Positions 36,562-49,960 of a stretch of 64,000 nt of DNA are shown here, piece by piece. The translations under genes were made by a program, and so were the position numbers. Position 1 is the first letter of the stretch, and each line of letters begins with the position of its first letter. The stretch spans positions 24,242,001 to 24,306,000 of the forward strand of contig CATNEN010000001.1 of NCBI GenBank assembly GCA_950097015.1, read 5' to 3'. The notes below the pieces were generated by a model that did no database searches, was not told the DNA's origin, and saw only the letters and a program-made list of their open reading frames with translations. This stretch comes from Macrostomum hystrix (Eukaryota; Animalia; Platyhelminthes).

Positions 36562-38180
36562 TCACCAACGAGCAACGCTGCTGCATCCGATCCGTACCAA
36601 TATGCCAGATATCTCATCATCCAGGTACTTCTCGTCCATGAACTCGACCACCTGGCGTAGTCGGCGCGTCAAAGGAAGGCTTGCCACCGCCGCAGCGAAG
36701 CTAACGACTTCCGTGGTTAACATACAATGTTCTGAAACTTTGCAACGCACTGCGTTTCTCGCCAGCACGGCTAGCCGAACAGGCTGCTGACAGCAGAATA
36801 TTTTCATGCGTTGATGAGCGGTCAGCACTGTACTGATGTCGGCTCGACCTATTGCGCCTTCTCGTCCGCAAAGTTGAGGCCGACCCTTTATGGCGGTATA
36901 GTACTTCCAGAATAGCCGCGTGTAGCTTGTCGATACAGTCATCGAACTGTCTCCCTCGCAGATCGCCTCTGGCAGACTGACTCCATCACCATAGACTGCG
37001 TTTAGCAACAGGCAGAGCAGCAGGCGGAGCCTCTTGCTGGAGCGCAGCTCGCGCACACTGGTCACGTCAGTCATGTAACAGAGAAGAAGGTGGTAGAGAG
37101 ACAGTTGTCGGCCGACCTGTCCGGGACAGCACGCTCTGTGAGTTGGTTCAATGGACCTCTGCGAAGCAAATTAATTACAAGTATTATCTCATTAATAATA
37201 TGCACTCGTACATGACACTATAGTAACCTTTCGTTTTACAAACCTTGTTGGCGCCGAGCAGTGACTGATCTGACGAGTTGCTCTGAAGGCTTAAAGACAT
37301 GCCGTGTTGTGCCAAGCACTTAAGAGCTAGCAGAGCGCACCTGTGCAGCGCCGTATTGGTCTCAATGCGCTGCTCAGTTGAACCGCTGTGGTAAACAATG
37401 TCCTGCATTGCAGCACGGCAAAGTCGCTGCAGCAGCTGGGATGGCAGACGATACGGTGTGGCACCACCGCGACGCATTGTAAGGCGAATCAACTCAAGCA
37501 GCTCGCACTCGGTTAGGTGGCTCGGGCAGTACTGCGTCTGCGTCAGCGACCACAGAAGCAGTTCGAGAGCGTTGCTGAAATCGCGCGTGCTGCATCGAGC
37601 CGCTGCTGAGCCTGCGGGTGCGATGCACCGCTCTGCATCAGCTGCCTGAAGGTGTCCCACTGGTGGAACTGAACTGCCAGGGCGAGGGCCGTCTGCGAGT
37701 AGCGAATCTCTACGCCGAATTCAGTGCAACCTCGATAGTCCAGGAACAGCTGCTGCCGCTGCCTAATATTTTGCTGTTGGCTCTCTTCATGGTGACACTC
37801 GTCTGGGGTGGAGCATCTGAATGGCAGTAATAATGCTAAAATAACTTTTCTTCGATTCAGAAGTGAATAAATCTATCAGATAGAGGGTTTTAAAATATCT
37901 ATTGCGTTCTAGCAGCTAAGCGCTCACCCCACAATGGACCTCCGCTGTCCCAGACACTGCCTGTGCCGACTCTCCAGCAGTCGCTGAGCTGCTGTGCTCT
38001 TTCCAACAACAATGGCCCAGTGCAGAGCAGAGAGCCTGACGTGCCACTGGCTGCAGTTCTGCTGATTTTCGTGTGCCACCGCATGCCGCTGTCCCATTGT
38101 TGTTAGCTCTCGCAATGATTTAGCAGCTTCAGTGTCATGCAATAGGTCAGACTGAATGTTTAGTGCCGTGTGCCATATTT
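36562..38180 (-). pseudogene. Ankyrin-repeat/SOCS-box (ASB-like) gene with a frameshift; start unresolved
   Basis: Ankyrin-like SALHWAIVVGKSTAAQRLL and TALALAVQFHQWDTFRQLMQSGA. GT-AG intron at 37159-37243 is in frame. C-terminal SOCS-box-like PVRLAVLARNAVR...LPLTRRLRQVV. Frame switch near 37620. Confidence 0.55.
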
Positions 38181-38644
38181 TCTATGATGGCAGATTATAT
38201 TGTAACCTCAGGGATAGGAAGACCACACCCAATCACTTTCCTTGGAAGCTTATGTGAGCAAGATTCGTCCAATACTAAATCGATTAAGTCGTGCAGTCGT
38301 GAGTTAGGGAGGATATTGCTCGCAGGGCTGTCATGAAGGGCGAGTTGATGTGATCTATTTTGTAATCTAGAATATTCATTGCCTCGGAATGTACTTTTGT
38401 TTGTTAGTACAAGTACATTTAACCAGCTTTCGTTTGTTCAGAATTTACGTGCACCTCTAAAACTCTCATGGTAAGAAAAGACGGCTAGGCAGAGCTGAGC
38501 ACTGCACATGTAAAGTCGATCTATGGCTTTGACTTTACCAAAATCCCCTGATTTGGCTGAATAGCCCTGTCGGCCAAGATCAGTTTAAACCCTGTCAACT
38601 AGTTGACGCAGAAAGACAATGTAAGTTTTTCGCTTTTTGCGCTC

Positions 38645-38948
38645 AACGCGTTTGCCTCTCGCACCAAGGTCCCTGATCTCGATTCAGCGGCGAGTCTACA
38701 CTCATTTGGGTCGCAGCCGTGAAGAGAAAGCTTGGTGGTTTGCTGTGCAATTTACGACCAAAGGGCCAACCTCCAATGCACAGTGAGAGTGTACACTGCC
38801 TGACAATAAGAAAGTCAGGGCAGATGTACACACTTGTGTGAGCTGCGTACGGTAAATCTGTGTGCGTGTGTGCTCAGGAGTAAGCGAAATGGGCAGAACA
38901 TGCCTCCTCGCTGGCTGCGGGTCAGTGTCACCAAATTATGTGCCACTG
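38645..38948 (+). mobile_element. SINE family A, diverged and truncated
   Basis: Homologous to 26615-26977. Confidence 0.85.
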
Positions 38949-39721
38949 ACCTTCAAATATTAATATATCAAGAAGAGGATGTTGATCAAATGGATTGGCA
39001 GGTCACGATTAAACTGTTTATCCAATTTAAGGACAAGAAAAGGTCGAGTGGAATTTGATTCTTTCGTAGAGATTATTAATTACCTAATTACAACTGAACT
39101 GTCGACTTCGTACTCATGAGCGCGTACCAATTCACCAGGCACATGATGCAGTAGGAATAAATAAGCACAACCACATCTATTGTCTATTTTTGCTTCTAGG
39201 TGAGTCAGCCTGCCTAGATTATACTCAGTCAAAATAGTTAAAAAGAAGTTTATCTGACCTGGAAATAGCAGAGAATCACCTAAACGACATGGCAGACTTT
39301 GAGTTCTTGAGTGGGAAATGACTAGCCGGCTCAAAATAACAAATGATTTGAAATTCAAAGCCTGACTTTCAGAAAGTGCAGATCGGAGTTTGATAGTAAA
39401 TGCTTTATTTATACAAAATTTTATTTTGAAGTTATTTCTGCAGTTTACATTGCAAATCTCTTACACCTGTTGCTAAAATGCAAAGTTAATTTAAGCTCGA
39501 AAAAAGAAACTATTTGTTTATAATAATCTATAAAATACGAGGATGTGTAAGCTGTACATGCAGCTTTGCAACCTTGACTTCCTTTGCTTTCATGCCTCGC
39601 ATAAGATGGTCTTAACCATAGACTATAGACAACAGTCAACCAAAGCACACATCAAACAACTCAGACGTGTCGCTCGTTAGCCAAAGCCAAAGCCAAAGCC
39701 AATGCAGTGGTCTAGACCATA

Positions 39722-40237
39722 CAATACAATACAATACAATAAATACAATGGCCACCGGCCACAAGTGGTCAGGAAAGGGGGACATTGTCAAAAAGCACGC
39801 TTAGCTGCACAGTCTCTGATGAAGGTAGCGCCATTGATCTGATCAGGCGCCCTAGCGTCTTCTGTCAGACAGTCGACGAACCTCCGGGTCCGCGCCTGCC
39901 CCCGCCGGAACGGGCCCTGCTGCGTGTACAGCAAGACCTCCTGCAGCGGCTCCGGGCAGTAGGACTCGGCGCGAATGACGTGGTCCGCCAGCTTCAGGCG
40001 GCGCTGTCGCAGGGTCACGCTGGGAGGGCTCAGCTTGGCCCGCTGGTAGAGAGCCGGGTTGGTGACGTGTTCGGCGTGACGGTGCACGCTGAAGGCAGCG
40101 CGCAGCAGGCTGGAGTGCGCCGCGTCCAGCTGGCGCTCCAGCACATCCGTCATGGTCCAGGTCTCGGCGTTGTAAAAGAGCACCGTTTCCACCACCGCCT
40201 GGAACAGTCGGGTTCTCAGTTCGCAGGAACTATTCTA
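39722..40237 (-). mobile_element. 5'-truncated RTE-type non-LTR retrotransposon
   Basis: ETVLFYNAETWT...LRQRRLKLADHVIR is the post-RT C-terminus of RTE ORFs. (TATTG)n tail. TSD TCTAGACCATA at 39711-39721 and 40238-40248. Confidence 0.88.
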
Positions 40238-40981
40238 TCTAGACCATAGACTACGCATTCATCCTCCAGAAGAAAGCACTAAGATGGTCTTGACCATAGA
40301 CCACCAATTTGAAAAGCGAGCATTGGCCAAAAGCATTTTTTCGAACTTTTGTGGTTTAACGAACGGTTTTTTGCATTCAAATCGTACTTCAAAGTAATTA
40401 GATATTCTCAGAGAGATATTCTCGTTACTGTCAATAAAAATATGTTTAGAGATGCAATGGAGGAAGCACGAGTTTTAGCGAAGCCAAATATCCCTGCCAT
40501 CAGCATTTTTGGTTGCTCGAGCTGTTTTGTAAACCGCCGCCTGTTCTGCATTCTGAAGCTGTAGTAATATACAATGCTAGGGTCCTACAATGTTCCAAGC
40601 ATTTTAGGTTCAACCTCTGCACTTTACTAAAAAGCAATATATTCTAGACTTGTCGCCACTGTGAATAAAAAAACTGCAATCGAATCGTGGGAACTCAGCA
40701 TGCTGAGTGAGCAGATTCGTAACTATGCAAACTGAAACCGAGCCTTCCTTTGTTCCACAGCCCGATAATCTATCTCTGCAACAATACATTGGACCACTTT
40801 GCACAATGGGAAAAATCGCTTCTGCTTCCACTAATCTGAGTAGCTCAGCTAAGCCTCAAACTTTTATTTATATTTCCAATCTTTCTTGGCGAACAAAGGT
40901 CTTGAGAAAAGTTCTCTTCCGTTTGATTTAGATAAAGTAGGCATTGTTAACCAGTTCCCGCACAAATAGCAATAACAGGTC

Positions 40982-43919
40982 ATGCTTCACAGCATCGCAC
41001 TGAGCTGCATGTGGTTGGCGGTCCTGGCTGCAGGAGTTGCAGCTTTCAACACACCTGTTGTGCTGGGTGAGCGCATAGAAATTGGGAGATCTTTCGAGAA
41101 GCAGATAATTTTAGTCTCCTTCAATCGATTTTCTTGATTATTCAATGCCTTTCTGTACTCGTCCTTGAATATGGGTTTCTGGAAAAAATCGTTTTCAAAA
41201 TATCCGTTCCGGTCCGTTGCATTTCTGTTATTAAGATCAAATTCTATCGAGATCCTCGATTTTCCACAGTGCCTGGAGACGGCGGGAACCAACTGTGGGC
41301 CAAGCTGGACAAAGCCAATAACCATTGGTACTGCGAGACCAGCACGGACAAACCGGTCCTGGTTTGGCTGGACCTCATTAACCTGGCCTATCCTGCTGTG
41401 CACTGCTTGGCTTACAACCTGGAGTGAGTCTTTTCTGCTCAATTCAGTTCATTTACAAGAGTAGCTTGAAAGATTAGGAAAATCAATTCGATTATCTTTG
41501 AATAGAGTCACTGACTCCGTCAAAACAATACGTACAATTCTGACGCTTATATACAGTTCTATTGCCTTTCATTGCTTTATCGAAGAAAGGCGATCATAAA
41601 ATATCGAAAAGTTAAAGAATATCGCTCACAAATTTTTAGAATGAAATTCGACCCGAGCACCGGGCGCTCTCTGGACAATCAAGGTGTGACTACCATCATC
41701 AAGGGCTTTGGCGACACCGAGACTGTCGAGTGGCTCTCCGATGTGAAGATTGACCAAAGTAAGTTCAGTTCAGTTCAGTTCATTTCATTTCAGTTTAGTT
41801 TAATTCAGTTCATTTTAGTTCAGTTCAGTTCAGCTCACTTCAGTTCAGTTGAGCTCACTTCAGTTCATTTCAGTTTGCTGCTTCCTCACCATTCCAGCTG
41901 GCTACTACAACAAGGTCGTTGAACAACTGGTCAAACTGGGCTACCGACGCGGTGTTGACGTTCACGGAGCTCCTTACGACTTCAGGAGGGCACCGAGTGA
42001 GTTGGAAAATCACGAAAGGCTAGATGAAGAACATTACTATCGGTCATCAGTACTTTCAATGTCCATTTTTTACTTCAGACGAGCTGGCGGAGTACTTCGT
42101 TCAGCTCGGTGCGCTCATCGAGAGGACCTACGCCGCCAACGGCAACAAGCCAGTTATCCTGGTCGGCCACAGCCTCGGCTGCAAAGTGTCGCTGCACTTT
42201 CTGCACAACCGCAGCCAGGCCTGGAAGGATAAGTACATTAAGGACTTTGTTGCCGCTGCCGGACCGTTCGGAGGCTCCGCTTCTTCAGTGCTGGCATCTG
42301 TGTCGGGTGAGGCTTCGTTCTTTTAAATTCTGTAATTAGAAATACTTCTGGTTCAGTGTCCGACCATCAGATATTCAGGAATAATGGAATACTCACCTAA
42401 ACCTCGTTTTGAGAATCTTGGTTTCTAGTCCATGTCAAGGAAGCATTAGTTTTGGAGCGCAGCTGTGAATAAATGGGTTGCGCTTGTTCTAAAAGCCAGC
42501 GTCCTTTTGGCTGAACAATCCTATGGAGCTCAGCGAGCGTTAGAGGGTATAGTACAATCCTTGACGATGAGAATCCGTGTCTAATATAGAAGCAACAGAA
42601 GGAATGTGTGCATAGTCATATATGTACACAAGAACTCGAGCTATTCGTCTGATTAAAGTGCAATTGTGAAGTCGGCGAATCGACCAGAAGCTCTGCAGTT
42701 GGGCAGACTAAATGAAGTTTTTACAAGTAGCGTCGTACAAACTTGTTGAGGCTGGTTGCTAAATGCTATAGCTGTGCACAGCTGCACTCGCCGATTGTGA
42801 ACCAGCTCCCACGCTTGTCGTGAGAGACAACGCACGGCAAAAAATAGTATAGACTGGCAGGTCACGTGATTTAGACGAAGAGCTACTGCTTACAGGATGC
42901 CGAAGCGTCCGTCACCGTCAAATATCAATGTTGCTCGCATGTTGGGTTTTGAGTCGCGCTGCATTGCACATTTTTCCTGCATCTCACAAAATATTCTACC
43001 AATTTTCATGAAAATCCCCAACACGGCATCATCGGCATCACAAAACATCCAACGATTCTCGTCGTATTGTCTGGTGGCAAAAACTACGAGTACCAATATA
43101 TGACTAATATTTCTCCTCCTAAAAGTTCATCATGTACAACATGTCGGCTATAATTGTTTATTCTGTTGTTAATTTTTTTGCTAAAGTAATTTGCCATTGA
43201 TTCGCTTCTAGCTCGTGAATGTCGATGATGCTGATGACAGACGGCTTTGAAAGTTAGTTCATCGTAAAGGCGGAAAAGTTTGATTCATATAAAGCAGTGG
43301 GTATTTGAAATACATACGTGGTCTTTCCCGAGGTGGAAAATGGTGTGGTATTTCTATTGGCAATATCTTCCTCCCACTCGCATTATCATCAGGCTACAAC
43401 CTGGGCCTCGGCTTCATCCGGCCGCTCTGGTTCCGCGATGCACAGCGCAGCTGGCCGAGCACCTACTACCTGTACCCCTCCAGCCTGGTGTTCGACAAGG
43501 ACCACACCATCGTCGAGACCAAGCAGCGAAAGTACACACTGACTGATGACGACATCCGGGACCTCTACCAGGACATGGGCTATCCTCAGGGCTACCAGCA
43601 CTTCAAGCTGCTCGGCAACCTCACTGACCAGACCCTGCCGCCCGGGGTTCGCACCCACTGCGTATTCGGCCACGGCCTGAAGACCGCTCACAAGTTCCGC
43701 TGGACTGACGGCCGCCAGTTTCCCGATCAGCAGCCGGACATTATCTACAGCGACGGCGATGGCACTGTGAACATCGCCAGCCTGGACGTGTGCGTCAACT
43801 GGGCCGGCAAGCAGTCGCACCCGGTGGCGTCTGTGCCGGTGGCCGGAGCCGAGCATGTCAAGCTGCTGGCTCACGATGACTTTGTGAAGCTGATTCAGCA
43901 GTTGGCCACTTCTAACTGA
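40982..43919 (+). CDS. PLA2G15: Lysosomal phospholipase A2/LCAT-family acyltransferase (403 aa); exons 40982-41066, 41270-41423, 41640-41758, 41898-41996, 42079-42306, 43393-43919
   Basis: Signal peptide, PVVLVPGDGGNQL, GAPYDFRRAP, and the triad GHSLG / DGDGTV / GAEH. Exon lengths sum to 1212 nt in frame. Confidence 0.92.
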
Positions 43920-44169
43920 GCAACGAACGTAGCTTCTCAAGATCGATTGAAGACTCGATAGCAAAGTGACTAGGCTATTCAATACGGATTGTCGGGACTC
44001 AAGTTACTCGAACTGAGTTTGTCTTTTCGATCGATAAATCAAATATAGAAATTAGCAGAAACTTAATCCAACGAGGTATTTGAGAAGCTGTTATTTTACA
44101 GCTGCGTACAGCCTTCATGGGCTGTTCAGTCCATGGACTGGGGGGAAGCCACACTCATCCTCAATAACT

Positions 44170-44265
44170 CAAGTTGCACAAATTTACTCCAGTGGAGTCG
44201 AGAACCGAACGCCCGACCTTAAAAGTCGTGAGCCCGACGCTCAAACACCTTGGATGCACCCCCTA
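44170..44265 (-). mobile_element. SINE family B head fragment
   Basis: CCAGTGGAGTCG...CGAAC...AAGTCGTGA..CCGACGC is shared with 33595-33646. Confidence 0.55.
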
Positions 44266-44369
44266 GTGTCCTATTTTTAGGTGAAGCCATATTTCTTAAA
44301 TGATAGCTTGGCTGGTGCATATGATGGATGCATATAGCTAAGGCGTAAATTGTAATAAACTGCTCACTG

Positions 44370-44770
44370 ATGAGCCCTGCGAATCGGAGCCGCTGCTGCC
44401 GCTGAGACCAGGGAGTCCTAAAATTGAATTCAACGGAAAATTCCTTTAATAATATACTAGGGACAATTGAGATATAATATGCAGATGTCAGAGCTTATCG
44501 AGGTAGCACACTATCTAGCAGTTAGATTCACCGCTGTTAGCAAAAGAGGCGCCACCACCACCGCCAGCAGCCACCAGCGGTTGAGTGTCTGCACCTCGGT
44601 ACACAAAGCTGCCTCCACCACCTCCGCCGCCGCCGTTTGGGGTTGAAGACGTGCTGCCGGCCTGTCCGACAACGATGAGCAGCTGTGCTCCAGCTATCAG
44701 GCTGAAGTTTCCCGCAACCACAGCTCCCGCAATAGCTGCGGTTGTGCTGTCGGCTGCACATCTGGCCCTA
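44370..44770 (-). pseudogene. Glycine-rich domain (ALK/LTK GRD-like) exon fragments
   Basis: GAVVAGNFSLIAGAQLLIVVGQAG...GGGGGGSFVYRG...PLVAAGGGGGA followed by a GT donor. A small piece is duplicated at ~46250-46390. No complete gene seen. Confidence 0.6.
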
Positions 44771-46673
44771 CTGGGGCAGGTGTAATCAAGTATTATTCTT
44801 ACTTTGTATTAACTATTGATTTGGCTTTCTCGTTTCTTCTAGTCATTGTACGTCTTTCACTTAATTAGTTTGGCATGGCGGAAAAAATACATTGAGGTGA
44901 ATTACGTGTTCCTGGCGGGCTACGATAGACCGACAAGTTGAAATCAAGGACATCTAGAATTACTAGTCTTTTAGATGTCTAGTATGTCAATGTCAATGTC
45001 TGTGTAGCGGTAGCATTTTTATATACGTTAATAATTATGGTTGTTATGACGATGTAACTATAGATAGAAATTAATTGACAATTAAGTAAGCTAATGGGAA
45101 TATGCTGTTAAAGGGACAGAAAAATTACAAAATTAAACAATAGTAGTAGTAATCGGAGATTGGACGGGGGACTAGACATGCGGCTCTGGCTAAAACTTAT
45201 GCGGGCCCGATAAAATCTGATCTAGAGTTTGAGTTATATTATATTACCTAAAAATTGGAGTTATAACAAAATATTAAGACAATAAGAGCAATCCAGGCCG
45301 TCTTTAATAAATTGGATATAAAATGATAAGACTAATAAGGATGTTAAACTGAGGTTTAAAAGTTAAGAAAACCACGTTAAAAATTCATCGGCTTTTATGG
45401 GTTAAAACAATATTTGCGCTTAATACTTATCTTTTAATGCTCTAAGTGATAGGTAGGTAAATGATAATGACAGTAAATTGTAATAAAAAATATATTAGTT
45501 TATAGACGCGGTACTTAAAAGACTTTTATTAAGTCACTCATTCAAGTGTGACTTAATCGTAAAAAAGGACCACTTGAAGAAGAAGTTTTATACTAGAAGT
45601 TGTAAACGCTTGCGTGTATTGTGCATGATTAAGCTAAAACATCATCTAGCCTCGCTTCCTGATCCTAGCTGCTTAGTAGGCCTATCCCAGGTTTACATAG
45701 TGTTGTAGGGCTCTTTTATTAATATTAAAACTCTCTTCTATTACACCTTAAATTGACCTTTTGAAATAATTCTGAATTTCCTTTGTCAATGACTTAACTA
45801 TACTTCATAGACTGGCTATGTCTTTTTCTTATTTCATATGTATACATTGCTTAATTTAGCCAGATAGGCTACTTTCTTTCCCAAATAAATATGGTAGCGT
45901 TCACATGAGTGTCCGAGCAGCAAGACACTTCTTCCTCTCCTTATTTACTCATAATCTGGCTTTCTAGTTTTTTCCCAGTCTTTCTAGGCTTCCAAATGGA
46001 CTGAATTTGCCCAACTTCGCACACAGTGCTATTTTACCAATCAGGATTTACCCTCCGTTCTTTTTAGTTACTAAACTATACTGCTTAGGCCTATGATAAA
46101 TATATCCTTCTTTATTCTTTCGAATATTTACCAACTTATGGCTGATCACAGACCTGCTTATCTCTCTTTCTAGATGAGAATAATTAAACACTTTGAGACT
46201 TTTCTCTTTCAACAATTTCTCATTTATTCACCATAGAACTGGGCACAGGGAGCCGCTGCTGCCGCTGAGACCAGGGAGTCCTAAAATTGAATTCAACGGA
46301 AAAATGCCTTTAATAATAAAAATGCCTCTTCAATCTTAATAAAAACTTGGGACAATTGAGACATAATATGCAGATGTCAGAGCTTATCAGTACCAGTTGA
46401 AGTTTTAGAACTAATTTGTAGTTGTATTTATAGCAAATTTTGAGGTGGGTGACACGATATAGATAAACAAAGGATAAAATTGGGGAAAATGCATTTGGCA
46501 GGATTTCAAGTTATAAAAATTATACAATATAAAATTAGGGCCTGCCTTGATAGCAACCAAAAGTAATTTACATATTTTCCTGTTGGCAAATTTATTTATA
46601 TAATTTTATCCTTGGATGCAGCCCATGCCATTAAATTAGTAGTCCTGAGCTCCAATTGCCTGGATCATTAATA

Positions 46674-48382
46674 TACCTTTTGTCAATTGATTTTGCAAAA
46701 AAGCCAATTGATTTCCCCATTAGCTAAAATTGAAAGTGAGGGCCCAACCAGCCTTCTCGACCATAGATAAGTCCAAATGAATTCCCTTAAGTCCAATTGA
46801 TTTCCCTCAATTCAATGTGTTTTAAGCATACTCTCTGGGTAAATCGATTGGAGTTGTTTCATTCTGTTGTCTGTGGTCGAAATCGAGGATTCATAGTTAG
46901 TCTTTGCCTACAGCGCAAATCTGGCATGTACAAGAGAACAGAGGTCATTAACCTATGTAACAAATGAAACAAAGTAACAAAGAATGAACAAATAACCAGG
47001 TTTCGGGTCATGAAAATTATGAAGTTAGCTTTGCTGTACTTAGCGTATATGTCACTGGATGATATTGGCATATTCGAGGCACCACTGATAGTACACCATG
47101 ACGTGGTAACACCATTGGCGACACTTGTCCAGATTCAGCATGTCGATGCATTCCAACACTTCCTGTTGCAGCAGAGTCATCCATCTCATGAAGGGTAACA
47201 CCTTGCTGTGCTGCCACGGCGCGGTCTCCCATCTGCTCCTGAATGTCAGGCTGCGCAAGGCATTGCTTCATTGTTGCTTTCAGACAACTGCCAGCGGCCT
47301 CAGCTGCATTCAGGAAATGCAAGTATGGTGGAAGATGTCGTACTTAATGGTCATCTCGCAATCTTGGGACATTTGCATGTGCTCGGGCATTATTGCAAAG
47401 GAGAACAAATGCGCTGTCCACCAGCTGGTCTATTTACATCAGCATTCCCTGAAACTGTGAATTTGTGAATCCACCTTCAGCAAGCTGGTAATGGACCAGC
47501 CCAAGGTCTGGCAAAATGGCGAGGCACAGGGTCAAATTCTGCCCCCTCTGGCCAGCAACAATGTGCATGGTGGGCTCACCCATCCCTGCCCAGCCTTGCA
47601 TTCTGGCAGTCCATACATTGAAGCCAAACTCATCCAGAAAAATGCAGTGCTGACCATTTCCTTAATTTAGCATCCAACTGGCATGCTGGAAGTGAGCTTC
47701 TTTGGTGATGTTCAAATTCCAATCATCTGTGACAGTACAAAGCTTTTTTAAAGTAATTAGCTGCTTGTCCAGTGCACAACTGATAGTCTTCAGGCCAATG
47801 GTCTCCAATGCACGCCACTGCACTGAAATACCACCGCGCATCATTTGCAGAGTGCAGGTGGGATTTTGTTCGACTATTGTTATTAGGTGCTCCGTCATTT
47901 CCTCATTCAGATGTTTCTGTCGTTTGCCACCCTTGGCCAGACTATGATCTCTTCCGTCTCTTTCAAATACCTCAATGATGGACCTGGTGGTTCTTGGTTT
48001 AATCTGCAATTGTCTCGCCAGGAGCCTCCAGTCTTCACCTCGGACATACAATTGAGCGATTCTGTCGGTCCTTCTCTGATACTGTAGTGTAGTGCCCACG
48101 CAGCATAGTGGTTGATGACCTCTGTTCTCTTGTACATGCCAGATTTGCGCTGTAGGCAGACTATGAATGCTCGATTTTGACCAGAGACAACAGAATGAAA
48201 CAATTCCAATCGATTTCCTCAGAGAGTATGCTTAAAACACATTGAATTGAGGGAAATCAATTGGACTTAAGGGAATTCAGTTGGACTTATCTATGGTCGA
48301 GAAGGCTGGTTGGGCCCTTGCTTTCAACTTCAGCTAATGGGGAAATCAATTGGCTTTTTTGCAAAATCAATAGACAAAGGTA
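46674..48382 (-). mobile_element. Tc1/IS630-like DNA transposon, ~280-bp TIRs, decayed transposase
   Basis: TIRs at ~46674-46953 and 48110-48382, flanked by TA. HTH-type N-terminus (47662-48099), then frameshifted IFLDEFGFNVW and HFLNAAEAAGSCLK (DDE_3-like). Confidence 0.88.
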
Positions 48383-49309
48383 TAATTATCATCCCTATGA
48401 AAGGATGTTTAGGTCTACCAGGAAATAATGTCCAGAATATTTTTTCATCATTATCACTTTTAATGGGAATAGGCCTACCCTACCCTAGGCTAGGCCTAAT
48501 GGTTTCAGTTCTAACCTTAATAATGTACAATTTTTTGTATGAAATTTCAGATGATCATATGGCAATAGTTGACTGAGTACATATTATAGTCATTTTTTAT
48601 TCACTGCATTGTAGCTATGCCCAAACATAAATTGCTTAGAAACAAGAAATTAGCTTTTATATTTAAATACTATTAAAACATTTTAATAGACTTTTGACAT
48701 GTTGTACATTCTTCACTGTTCTGTTGTTTTTATGGTATGGTATTGTACAGTATATTGTATTATTATATTGTGGATTGCTAGTTCTACCTAGCATATAAAC
48801 ATGCTATGCACTGAAATGGACTACAACAGACCACAAAAGAATTACATGATTGCATGACATGCCCCAAAGCCTTCTTTCTATAGCTGAAACCAAATTAATG
48901 TGTCACTTTTTTGCATCACTGCAAAATTGAGCTTATGTAGGCCTACCTTGGTAGTGGTACAAGAGCACAAAAACATTGACTGTTCTGCCCCTTATCTCTA
49001 AGTTAGGTTAGTGATATAAAGCCATGGCTTACCTGTAGGCTGAGGGTTGGGCACCCAAACCTACCCATTGCCCAATCTGCCCACCACCCTAACCCAGCCA
49101 CCCACTGGCCAATCATAGTGTAGCTGGGGGAAAGGCAGCATATAGTAAGCTGGTTGGCATAGGCAATCAGTTTGAAATAAACAACTATTAAGCTATAAAC
49201 CAAAACAAGCTAACATGTGATATTTGGAGAGGCTGAGGGTGCTAAACAGTTTAATGCCATTAATAACACAAAATTTCCATTTGGCCTCAGCATACCATAT
49301 GCTGCATAT

Positions 49310-49620
49310 AAGCTTTAGCAAAATACATCATAGATATCTCTAAAATAAGGGAACAGCTGCCCTGAGACTACGAGATCTTACTAGCATTCAACAATAGATA
49401 TTTCATATTTTGTTTTATCCCTGGCGTCCCTTGTGTTTTTACTGCTCTTATTTTTAATACCTTTGCTTTCCCTTCCCAGCTCGATATTTGATTCCTACTA
49501 AACTTCGCTTTTTATGTTGCTTTTCGTTGTTCATTTAAATGTGTTGTTAAAAATATATATAAAAAAAAATCAGCACCCATAGATGGCGTGCGCGTTTTAA
49601 TAATAATAATAATAATAATA
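49310..49620 (+). repeat. Dispersed repeat (copy of 27520-27810) ending in a hairpin and (TAA)n
   Basis: CAGCACCCATAGATGGCGTGCGCGTTTTAATAATAATAAT. Confidence 0.75.
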
Positions 49621-49960
49621 TTAGGACAGCATATGTCTACACTGCAAAGTTCATAGATACAAATTGTATAAAAGCCTTACAAAGTTATAGTAAAAGTTTA
49701 GTAAATTGGGATTAAATATAGGCTAGCTATAGCAATATCTAACCTGTTATTAACCTGTAATTAACCTGTTATGATTATCATACAATCATAGTTTTATATA
49801 TGCCATAGAATAGATTTTCTTTAAATTTAGTTGTCAGAAAAATATTAAAAGTTCAAATGACAGAAAGACTTACGCCTTAAATTTTTAACTCAATGTCAAT
49901 TATAAAACATTAGCACTCAATATGCCTACTAGCAGTAGCGATTCGCAACATTTTCAGGCA

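Noticed and set aside
45001-45697. Possible solo LTR (TGT...TTACA)
   Set aside because: No TSD and no second copy in the window.
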